Source: an uncultured virus (IMG/VR IMGVR_UViG_3300031669_000004) (taxonomy: Duplodnaviria; Heunggongvirae; Uroviricota; Caudoviricetes). From it: a stretch of 64,000 nucleotides of DNA. The position numbers and the translations under genes were made by a program. The notes below the pieces were generated by a model. It was not told where the DNA came from. It worked only from the letters and a program-made list of their open reading frames with translations, and did not search any database. Of this stretch, positions 56,265 to 64,000 are shown piece after piece. Each line of letters starts with the position of its first letter. The stretch's first letter is position 1. The stretch lies in the IMG/VR virus record IMGVR_UViG_3300031669_000004. The stretch is one strand, 5' to 3'.

Positions 56265-56504
56265 TTAACCTTTCCAAACTCTATTAGTACTTTGATTTCT
56301 TAATGCTTGTAGTTTAGCCGTAGATTTGTTTATAGGCTTATTTGATAAACCTAGGTTATTTAGCCGCTCCCTATTAGCTACCGCACGCTCCATCTTGTTG
56401 GTGCTGCTAACCAATTTTGGCACAGTCTTAGGTTTCATAACCCCAATAAGATCCCCGCCTATACCCCCTATGCCTGCTATTTTTTCTAAGTATTTATTTG
56501 CCAT
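56265..56504 (-). CDS. Small basic protein with NKYLEKIA tag
   Basis: Start set at ATG 56504 (MANKYLEKIAG). Confidence 0.65.
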   Translation of the reverse strand: MANKYLEKIAGIGGIGGDLIGVMKPKTVPKLVSSTNKMERAVANRERLNNLGLSNKPINKSTAKLQALRNQSTNRVWKG

Positions 56505-56505
56505 G

Positions 56506-57147
56506 TTAACCATTTTCCTGTAGTAATGCGTCAATACCTTTAAAGTTAGGTATCACTTCTTGTATAGCTATTTCCAAATCTGCCTTAGCTGCTGAGTTAT
56601 CCAGTGTCCACACCTTCAGTAATCTAGCTATATCAGTGCTCATCTTAGTCCACTTTATAGCTTCTTTCGAGCTTTCTGAACTGTTGCTACTATACACAGC
56701 CTCCTTGGCTTTATACATACAGGTACTGAACATTTCTACTAACCCGTCAATCGGTGAAAGGGTAACTTTGTCCCCCAATCTCCACTGTATAAAACTTATC
56801 TTTTGACCTAGAGCCCAGAGTTTAAGTTGCCTCTCATTATCATCTTTAACGGATTCTATATGTTCTATCTTTCCTAGTTTATCCAGATCTCTAACGTCGA
56901 AAAAGAACTCTTGGTATATCTCTAAAACTTCTTGCGGTACTTCTAGTATCTCACTTATTTTAGCTAGATCGGGCTCACATAATAGCGAAGCTTCAACATA
57001 ACTTTTGCGTAATTTAGACTGAGTGATAGCTAAGGATTTTTGATAAAGATCAGCCAGGACTGGATCATCAGACGATAATATGGAATCTACCCTGGCATCC
57101 TTTCCTGTTATTCCTTTTTTGACAAGTATGGCTTTGTCATTTAACAT
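56506..57147 (-). CDS. Hypothetical protein
   Basis: 213-aa ORF in the head operon. Confidence 0.7.
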   Translation of the reverse strand: MLNDKAILVKKGITGKDARVDSILSSDDPVLADLYQKSLAITQSKLRKSYVEASLLCEPDLAKISEILEVPQEVLEIYQEFFFDVRDLDKLGKIEHIESVKDDNERQLKLWALGQKISFIQWRLGDKVTLSPIDGLVEMFSTCMYKAKEAVYSSNSSESSKEAIKWTKMSTDIARLLKVWTLDNSAAKADLEIAIQEVIPNFKGIDALLQENG

Positions 57148-57152
57148 AGTTC

Positions 57153-59051
57153 CTACTTATTATTATCAGGTTCCGCTTCGCTATTGGATACCATATTCTC
57201 TAACTTCAAATAGGTATCCCCTAGCATACGGTAGGTATTACGTAGATTTGCAATAAATGAGAATACTTCTGAAGCTGTGTGATCTAACGCTAATTGATCC
57301 ATTTTTAAACGACATAAGAATAAAGCACGGCCTAACTTATCAATACTATTCTTGATATCGGGCAGGTATTCATTAATATACCCCTTCATATCGGTAACCT
57401 GTAATAGTTCAGATATAATAGTGGTCTCCATTGTTTCTGGGTCGTTTGTCTTAGCTGCCGTAGTAAGGCTGTTAGTGAAGTCACCATTAATACCAAAGCC
57501 GGATTGCTGGCTTGGTGGGGTTGCGCCATAACTTGGTATAATGTCCTGTTCTGCGTCTGCTTTTTTGGACATGTAAAGTTTCAGGTGCTTCTGTTCCTTA
57601 GCCTGTTTTACAAAGGATTCTGCTTGAGTAGGATCTAACCCTTCCTGTACTACTAGTACATTCATTACATTGGCTTCACTACCTACAGGTACTCTGTTGA
57701 TTATGAATTCAATACCATCATAACCAATATCAACAGCTGTTCCCAGTGTCGTCATAGTGGTTAATTCTTGGCGTGCTAACGCAGAGTTGACGTTGGTTTC
57801 AAACACATCGTCAGCCCATAGTTTATCACCCAACTTAACAATCAAGGTATTGGTAGGTATAAAGATATTAGTTTGGTCCTGGCAGTTAATAACAGTGCTA
57901 TTTTTGTAAGCATTTATAGTAACCGCCCTACTACCTCCGGTGCCTATATTTAGTGCGGAGGTAGCTGAGATAGTTACTCCAAATGCTGTTTTAGTAACAC
58001 TAGGATATTGATACAAACCAACTAGCTCCAGTTGAGGAGAAAAAATGGCAAAGCTGGAATCTTGGTTGGTAAGTTCATTTGGTGTTATTCCAGGTACTAA
58101 GCTCAGGTATCCTTTTAATGTTTGGAATCCGTCTCTACCCTCATACGTAGCTACTAAACCACTAGTAATAACAAAATCGCCATTTCTAAGTATGCCTACT
58201 ACATTATCCGGTGTGCTTTTCATAAGCGCCGGTGTCTGCGGGCGATACTTAGAATTTTTAGGAAGGAATACAGTTACTACGTTTCCTGACTTCGTGCATA
58301 CATCGAAGTCTTGGCCAGCGTCTATAGATGACAGTGTTCTAAATCTACCAATATCTTTGTAGTTATTTGCTGGTACGGCTACACGTGTTGTGGTATTTTC
58401 CCCACGCAAAGCGTATCCCTTATCCAAGATAGCTTTTATGGTTGGGTTGTCCAACCCCGTTCCTTGGGTAACAACTTCCATAGTTGGCTTAGGTACGGCA
58501 ACTACGGGATTAACAGTAGGCTTAAGTGCCGAGAACAAATTCTCAAGGCCAAATAGTCTATGTAGCGCTGCGTACACTTCTTTGTCTGAGCTGATCTCAT
58601 CCAACACAGCCTGCTTAACCATATTAGGCAATACGGTCAGGAATTCTTCTAGACGTGAGGATGAAGCGTAAACGAATTTGCCGGTACGAGGGGGTGTAAC
58701 TAATGAGTATATACTTGGGTTCTGAATAACTCCATCTGGTATCTTCGTAGGTTTGCCCATATCTGATTGAGCCGAGTTAATAAAGATATTAACAAAGCCT
58801 TTTGATAAAGGTACGAAGCATTGTTCGACAGTATCGAAGAGGGAGTCAAGAGGTTGAATAGCATCACTTTTGGCTATAACTGGCAGGTAGAAGTATCTAT
58901 TACCGGCTTCTAATATAAAGACCCCGACACTAACATCGGTTTCTTCTAAGCTAGGTACATCGTTAGTAATATCCTTAAAAGATACTATGAACGATGATAG
59001 CTCTGGGAAAAGCTGAAGTAATTTTTGTATAGCTAACTCGCTGAATTCCAT
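57153..59051 (-). CDS. Large putative head/core protein
   Basis: 632 aa; late promoter at 59089; VKQA and SKKA sites. Confidence 0.65.
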   Translation of the reverse strand: MEFSELAIQKLLQLFPELSSFIVSFKDITNDVPSLEETDVSVGVFILEAGNRYFYLPVIAKSDAIQPLDSLFDTVEQCFVPLSKGFVNIFINSAQSDMGKPTKIPDGVIQNPSIYSLVTPPRTGKFVYASSSRLEEFLTVLPNMVKQAVLDEISSDKEVYAALHRLFGLENLFSALKPTVNPVVAVPKPTMEVVTQGTGLDNPTIKAILDKGYALRGENTTTRVAVPANNYKDIGRFRTLSSIDAGQDFDVCTKSGNVVTVFLPKNSKYRPQTPALMKSTPDNVVGILRNGDFVITSGLVATYEGRDGFQTLKGYLSLVPGITPNELTNQDSSFAIFSPQLELVGLYQYPSVTKTAFGVTISATSALNIGTGGSRAVTINAYKNSTVINCQDQTNIFIPTNTLIVKLGDKLWADDVFETNVNSALARQELTTMTTLGTAVDIGYDGIEFIINRVPVGSEANVMNVLVVQEGLDPTQAESFVKQAKEQKHLKLYMSKKADAEQDIIPSYGATPPSQQSGFGINGDFTNSLTTAAKTNDPETMETTIISELLQVTDMKGYINEYLPDIKNSIDKLGRALFLCRLKMDQLALDHTASEVFSFIANLRNTYRMLGDTYLKLENMVSNSEAEPDNNK

Positions 59052-59103
59052 TTTATATTCCTATATGATAACTAAGTGTTCTTAGCTTATTTTAACACAC
59101 TTA

Positions 59104-60015
59104 TTAAGTACAACCAATTGCACTCGCCGCTGGTAAACCACTACTTGAAGGTGTACCTCCATACGAACTAACGTGTGATCGGTTCGTATTGTTAATAACA
59201 TATATGGCTCTATCTATACCGCTATCCCCGTTTATGTCAGTGCCCCAACCTAGGTAGCTACCAGATGCAAGCCAAAAAGCCTGTTGGTCAGTAGGAACCC
59301 CAGTGGTGTTAGAAGGGGGTTGCCCCATAGCGGTAAGTAAAAAAGATGGGGACTGATTGGTATAGAACTTAGAGTAATCTGCTCCTGACGCCATAGGTAC
59401 ATTCTTCCACTTATTGAAGTGATAATTTAGAACTATAAGTCCAGCAGTTATGCTTTTCTTTCTACCGGCGACGGTATCAGGGTAAAGTGTATTTATATCT
59501 GTGCCAACCTTAACTATTAACCCTGCCTTATCAGCTACTCCTCCGTCGTTAATATCCCCAAATACTTCATGACAGGCAGGAGTGTTATTTATGTGGTATG
59601 CACCCATACACGACGAAATACCAAAAGCATATAGTCCTTGTTTAACCTCCGGTGTTTGCCCATTATCACCTATATAGCCTTGTACTGCGGTGGAATTCCA
59701 ATATGAATCCCAGAAACTTTTAGCATGAGGCCAGGAGTTAACCTTGTTAGGGACGTCATTATTATTCCCAGTCCCCGTAACTATATTAGCCTGTTGGGCT
59801 CCAGCGCCAGTCCATATAAGATTGAAACTACTTTCCCTCTGCCATATATTCATACAATATCTAACTGAGTTAGTAACCGCATATAGGTTAGGAAAACTAC
59901 CTTGTAAAACACTAGTAGTAGAGTTTTGTATTTCCTGAACGCGAGAAATATCCTTACTCGCACCTGCTTGAGATTGTGTTCCACTAACTGCTGCTGTAGC
60001 TGTAGTTGTCGCCAT
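59104..60015 (-). CDS. Possible lysozyme-like / lytic transglycosylase-fold virion protein
   Basis: IWQRESSFN resembles the catalytic-Glu motif; other motifs are weak. Confidence 0.4.
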   Translation of the reverse strand: MATTTATAAVSGTQSQAGASKDISRVQEIQNSTTSVLQGSFPNLYAVTNSVRYCMNIWQRESSFNLIWTGAGAQQANIVTGTGNNNDVPNKVNSWPHAKSFWDSYWNSTAVQGYIGDNGQTPEVKQGLYAFGISSCMGAYHINNTPACHEVFGDINDGGVADKAGLIVKVGTDINTLYPDTVAGRKKSITAGLIVLNYHFNKWKNVPMASGADYSKFYTNQSPSFLLTAMGQPPSNTTGVPTDQQAFWLASGSYLGWGTDINGDSGIDRAIYVINNTNRSHVSSYGGTPSSSGLPAASAIGCT

Positions 60016-61853
60016 TAGTAAGAGGATGGTGATTTGGCTGTTCCATCACCAAATTCATTACCCATAGTGTATGAAGCTATTGGTTCAGTAGAGTGTATCT
60101 TAGAACTGGATCCAAGTGCACCAGCCTCTACTATGATGTTATGTAGTCTATTTGATGACAGTTTGGAAATCCAATTCTTGTCCAGCATCTTCAAGCTTTG
60201 AAGTCCTGGTACAAGGGGTTTAGTTCTAAGGAAGGAATCGCTTACCCTAAGATTTTTAATACCATGCTCTTTTAAATCATCAATGTGGTTCTGGGTTATA
60301 TCCGTTCCAGGCGTAAGGTCTAATGACGATTCGGCCAGAACGTGTCCGTTAGCTGAATCTATAGGTATTATCTTAGAGTGTCTCTTCAGGTAATCCCCTA
60401 GGACGCCTACCTCAATTTTATCCCCTGGTAGAAATCCACTTTCACCAGGATCAGTTACCTGCACGTGTTTAATCATGTTCTTAGCTATGATGTCGAAATG
60501 GCGTGGGTCTAGTTGAGCATGCTGGGAGTATATGTCACGTAGTGATTTAGAAATAGAAAGTCTACCGGCACCGGCTCCTTTTAAATCTACTAATTGGCGG
60601 GGGTTAATAACCCCCAATGATAATGGGTCACCTACTCTTACTTGGTCACCTTCTTTGGCCGTAATAGTTTGAGAGTTTGGTATGAAGTGTAACTTGTCCC
60701 CAACAGTAACCTCCCAGTCTTTAAGTGAGGTTTGTTTCAACTTATTAACTCTGCCATTCACCTGGGATATAGTTGCCTCATCCACAAAGTTTTCTGGGTT
60801 GGATAATACTGTGTTAGCTTGTTCGTAGGCATTTCGCTTCTGCCCTGCTACACCACCTTGGTGTTTGGTGGAAAGCATAGCTTGGGTCAAAACCTCAGAT
60901 ACCGATTGACCAGATATTACTCCAAGGTTTTGTCCTATTGGTGGCAGTTCTCCATTAGGTGCTAAACCAAAACATTTTTGGCATAACCCATCTTTGGCTG
61001 CACAAGTCATTGGATTACGGGCGGTAACGTGCTTCCTCCCGGACATTTGAAGATCTTTAAGATACTCAGAATCTATAAGTCTGTTTGTACCAGCTTCAAA
61101 CCTACCTATACAAGATAACTTATCAGTGGTAGGAATAGGAACACCATTAGTGGTCCCGCAATCTGGTATTGTAACAACTTCGTGGAATAGGTTAGGTAGA
61201 AGTTTTTTAGATAAAGCCCCTGGTTTCTCGGTAGATAACTGGGCTAGAACTGTAGCTGCACGGCCACCGTAAGAGGCGGCCAGATGTTCAGCAGGTGATA
61301 GTCCCTCTGCATACGAATGATTAATAGCCACTGGTATAGGAGTACCTTTAACATCCAAGGCCATCATAGGAGATCCAGTTCCTTGTGACAATTGCATAGG
61401 GTTACCACGGGCACCGACCTTTGCCATCTTAGCTGCAGTGGATCCTCTGGATAACATATGTATAAGATTTGACTTACTCATCTTAGATCCATACTCACTA
61501 CCTAAGATGCTCAGCGCTTTAGCCTGATCTGTCTTTGTTAGGTTCTTTTTTAGGACTTCGGCTACCTTATGTTCAAACTCGGACATGATCTGAGTGCGTT
61601 CATCAGAGTCATTTTCATAATCTGATAGCGGGGTAGTAGATCCTATCTCTGTAGCTTTATCAAAGAACATCTTTGACAGGTTATTAATATCCTCGTGGGC
61701 CTGTGAACCACCCTTGGTAATAAGCATATTAACCAACTTGGTCATATGGGATTTATCTAATGGGCTATATAAATCATAATTATCCCTAGCGTCCTTAGAG
61801 GTTAGAGAATGTTTTATGAGGATAGAACCTGGGGTTGTAACGTTATTAGTCAT
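60015..61853 (-). CDS. rpoC: RNA polymerase beta' subunit, C-terminal half (split gene)
   Basis: GARGN, bridge helix EGLSPAEH...GGR, Zn site DCGT...C...CxxC, trigger loop QSVSEVLTQAMLSTKHQGG, RHFDII; no NADFDGD. Confidence 0.9.
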   Translation of the reverse strand: MTNNVTTPGSILIKHSLTSKDARDNYDLYSPLDKSHMTKLVNMLITKGGSQAHEDINNLSKMFFDKATEIGSTTPLSDYENDSDERTQIMSEFEHKVAEVLKKNLTKTDQAKALSILGSEYGSKMSKSNLIHMLSRGSTAAKMAKVGARGNPMQLSQGTGSPMMALDVKGTPIPVAINHSYAEGLSPAEHLAASYGGRAATVLAQLSTEKPGALSKKLLPNLFHEVVTIPDCGTTNGVPIPTTDKLSCIGRFEAGTNRLIDSEYLKDLQMSGRKHVTARNPMTCAAKDGLCQKCFGLAPNGELPPIGQNLGVISGQSVSEVLTQAMLSTKHQGGVAGQKRNAYEQANTVLSNPENFVDEATISQVNGRVNKLKQTSLKDWEVTVGDKLHFIPNSQTITAKEGDQVRVGDPLSLGVINPRQLVDLKGAGAGRLSISKSLRDIYSQHAQLDPRHFDIIAKNMIKHVQVTDPGESGFLPGDKIEVGVLGDYLKRHSKIIPIDSANGHVLAESSLDLTPGTDITQNHIDDLKEHGIKNLRVSDSFLRTKPLVPGLQSLKMLDKNWISKLSSNRLHNIIVEAGALGSSSKIHSTEPIASYTMGNEFGDGTAKSPSSY

Positions 61854-61859
61854 ATGTCT

Positions 61860-61865
61860 ATTTTA
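61860..61865 (-). promoter_or_regulatory. Putative late promoter (TAAAAT), 6 nt before ATG
   Basis: GTTAAAATAGACATATG on the minus strand. Confidence 0.6.
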
Positions 61866-61897
61866 ACTCTATTATTGCGGATATAGCAAGTCATATT

Positions 61898-61906
61898 TGG
61901 TATAAG
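61898..61906 (+). promoter_or_regulatory. TGGTATAAG putative early promoter
   Basis: Exact motif. Confidence 0.8.
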
Positions 61907-61952
61907 TAATATGTAAGAAAATGTATCTAAATTCAACTTTTGGGAGCCGACA

Positions 61953-62282
61953 ATGAGACATCATCATAAAGATCCAAGTTTTAAGGAGCGTACGATGAAT
62001 GCCGTAACAAGGATGAGACTTGGGGAATCCAAGAATCATGGTAATATATCACCAACGAGGAGACCTTTTAATATCAAGGAGGCTTTAGAAGGCAGGCCTA
62101 TTCAAACCAGACAAGGGTTAGAGGCTATACTGCAAAAAGAAAGATCTATAAATCCACGTTTTCCTCTTCTAGTATTGGTAAAATTTCCACACGCTGATCT
62201 AGTATACACCTATAACACTATGGGATGGCATTCTAAGGAAAAACGGGAAAATGATCCATTGGCATTATTCATGATAACCTAG
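61953..62282 (+). CDS. Hypothetical protein
   Basis: GGGAG RBS; 109 aa. Confidence 0.7.
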   Translation: MRHHHKDPSFKERTMNAVTRMRLGESKNHGNISPTRRPFNIKEALEGRPIQTRQGLEAILQKERSINPRFPLLVLVKFPHADLVYTYNTMGWHSKEKRENDPLALFMIT

Positions 62283-62288
62283 GAGAAG

Positions 62289-62456
62289 ATGATGTTTAAT
62301 ATTAAAGCGCAATGCCCTGTATGTCATGGGGCCAATGAAGTGGTAGATAAGCGTGGGGAAAAGACTACCTGTATGACTTGTTTTGGCAGGGGGTACTTGT
62401 TGGTTCCACGTCCGGCAAATCCTAACTTTAAACAGGAACCTGGGAGAAGGGAATAA
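62289..62456 (+). CDS. 55-aa DnaJ-type zinc-finger protein (not in the ORF track)
   Basis: MMFNIKAQCPVCHG...TTCMTCFGRG...*; AGGAG RBS. Confidence 0.7.
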   Translation: MMFNIKAQCPVCHGANEVVDKRGEKTTCMTCFGRGYLLVPRPANPNFKQEPGRRE

Positions 62457-62457
62457 G

Positions 62458-63084
62458 ATGGCCACTTACATTAGATTATTGGTTATACCAGTCAAAGATG
62501 TGGTGGAGGCTATGCTTCGTGGGGATGTGTTCTTTAAAACAGAAAAGGGGCAAGTAGCCATTTCCTCTATTCGTATGAGAACATACACAAAGGGAACTGA
62601 TTGTGTTCATTGTGGTAGGCAAGGTAGTTACTTCGCCATGGAGACCTTCGCAAGAGGATTGGTTAAATCACCTCACTTAAACTTGTATTGTAAGCAAGGC
62701 CCTACGGCGACTGAGATCATGATGACTAGTGATCATATACTGGCTAAGTCAAGAGGAGGTTCTAATAATGATTTAGGTAATCGCCAACCTATGTGCTGTG
62801 TATGTAATTCTAAGAAGGGGAGTTTTGACACCGTAGAAGAAGGTTTGAGGGCAAGCAAAGATGCAAGCAAAGCAGCTAGGGTATTATCAAGGCCAAAGAG
62901 ATTAGAAAAGGCTATATCCTCGTCAACTTATTGCATAAAACAGCTAGAAGCAGGGGATACCTCAAAGGACTGGAGGAAGACCTTACAGCATAAACTATAT
63001 GATTCAATAAAATTAGAAAGGGCGTTGAATAATGAACAGGATTCGGAATCTATTTTATTCAGTAGAAAAATCTGGGGCGGGTGA
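62458..63084 (+). CDS. HNH endonuclease
   Basis: CVHCG and MTSDHILAKSRGGSN...N...CCVCNSKKG; start set at ATG 62458. Confidence 0.85.
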   Translation: MATYIRLLVIPVKDVVEAMLRGDVFFKTEKGQVAISSIRMRTYTKGTDCVHCGRQGSYFAMETFARGLVKSPHLNLYCKQGPTATEIMMTSDHILAKSRGGSNNDLGNRQPMCCVCNSKKGSFDTVEEGLRASKDASKAARVLSRPKRLEKAISSSTYCIKQLEAGDTSKDWRKTLQHKLYDSIKLERALNNEQDSESILFSRKIWGG

Positions 63085-63349
63085 TTTAGTTCCTATCACG
63101 GTTAAAGAACTTGGGGATCTGCTACTAGCTGCTGAGACCTTGCGCATGGTGGCAAGTGAGGCGGAACTACTAAAGGCCAATCTTATGGTTGATCGTGGTA
63201 GGACTATGATTCGTAAGTCGGATATAACCACCTCTAAGGAATTGGATGAGTGGATTGCTTCTTCTAAATGTGCCTTAACGCCACTTGGCGTCGGTGATCT
63301 TAATGCAGTTGATGTAGGGGACTTTGTCTCGGAAAGAATAAGAAAATAA
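63032..63349 (+). CDS. Hypothetical protein
   Basis: 105-aa ORF followed by a bidirectional terminator at about 63349..63381. Confidence 0.6.
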   Translation: MNRIRNLFYSVEKSGAGDLVPITVKELGDLLLAAETLRMVASEAELLKANLMVDRGRTMIRKSDITTSKELDEWIASSKCALTPLGVGDLNAVDVGDFVSERIRK

Positions 63350-63362
63350 AAAAAATCCCAGC

Positions 63363-63902
63363 TTAGTTCTGGGATTTTTTTAGCCTTTCTAAGGCATCTT
63401 CTGAATCTCTTATTATATCATCTAGATTTAAATCTTCCTGCATGTCTGGCCACCAATGGTTGCCTTTGCTGGAATTGGCCAAAGCTGAAAGTGGCTCCAT
63501 GTTAGATAAACAAGTAAAACCGGATACGAACTTGGAATTGAGGGGAACAATGTGATCAACATGGAATGGAAATCCATAAGCATCTCTTAGATTTTTTGCT
63601 TCTTTATATATTGCCGAAATGGCTTTTAATTCTTCTGGGTTATTCCTGGTCCAAGAAGCGATTTGCTCATCTTCCTTTGTCCTTCTACGATTAACTAGAA
63701 GTGCGTGTTTCTCAGGATTATTAATTATCCATAGGGCTTTGCGAACTGCATCCCACTCTTTATAAGATTGGGTTTGTCTCTCTGCATCTCTATTAATTTT
63801 TTTACAAGGAATACAACGACTGTCATAGCCACGCTTAGAGGCGTTGTTCTTATGGAAGTGATGATGGGGCTTTTCCTCTTTACAAACAGAGCATTGTAAC
63901 AT
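63363..63902 (-). CDS. HNH endonuclease with N-terminal Zn finger
   Basis: CSVCKEEK...CIPC and HVDHIVPL...N...N..KGN. Confidence 0.85.
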   Translation of the reverse strand: MLQCSVCKEEKPHHHFHKNNASKRGYDSRCIPCKKINRDAERQTQSYKEWDAVRKALWIINNPEKHALLVNRRRTKEDEQIASWTRNNPEELKAISAIYKEAKNLRDAYGFPFHVDHIVPLNSKFVSGFTCLSNMEPLSALANSSKGNHWWPDMQEDLNLDDIIRDSEDALERLKKSQN

Positions 63903-63970
63903 ATTGGTTAGTGGCTATACCGCTTAGGTTGGTCAACATAGGTCTATTATAACATAATGAACCGTGGTTT

Positions 63971-63979
63971 TGGTATAAG
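63971..63979 (+). promoter_or_regulatory. TGGTATAAG putative early promoter for genes beyond the window
   Basis: Exact motif followed by TTATTATGTAG. Confidence 0.75.
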
Positions 63980-64000
63980 TATTATGTAGGAGCCCACAGT

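Noticed and set aside
180..58671. Many opposite-strand ORFs in the track (for example 909..1580, 27478..28008, 55278..55766)
   Set aside because: They lie antisense to well-supported genes, lack RBS or promoter, and look like codon-bias shadows.
1..64000. Alternative genetic code, tRNA or rRNA genes, inteins
   Set aside because: Standard-code ORFs tile the window and use all three stops; no cloverleaf, rRNA-like block or intein-sized insertion was noticed. A tRNAscan or Infernal run would be the proper test.

Overview
This window looks like part of a large (jumbo-type), AT-rich, contractile-tailed phage genome read with the standard code. The minus strand holds the virion module: tail fibres, baseplate, tape measure protein with a -1 frameshifted chaperone pair, terminase, tube, sheath, neck, major capsid, two decoration paralogs, scaffold and a probable prohead protease. 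It also carries a sigma-70 family factor, the C-terminal half of a split RNA polymerase beta' subunit, and a DNA ligase / SNF2 helicase / LigD-phosphoesterase trio. Four plus-strand islands interrupt this module, each opened by a conserved TGGTATAAG motif. Main candidates for new biology: (1) a complete phage-encoded ubiquitin-like cassette (Ubl, E2, JAB, E1) whose JAB active-site motif is split by a 273-nt group I intron; (2) a retron-type reverse transcriptase flanked by candidate structured RNAs, one with its own promoter and terminator; (3) an N-[KRI]-Y-L-x-K-[IL]-[AS] tag plus K-x-A/S sites shared by head proteins and DNA-repair enzymes, suggesting an end-repair kit packaged in the capsid; (4) a beta' zinc-domain paralog among the baseplate genes. 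All calls come from motif reading and by-eye base pairing; no searches or folding programs were run.
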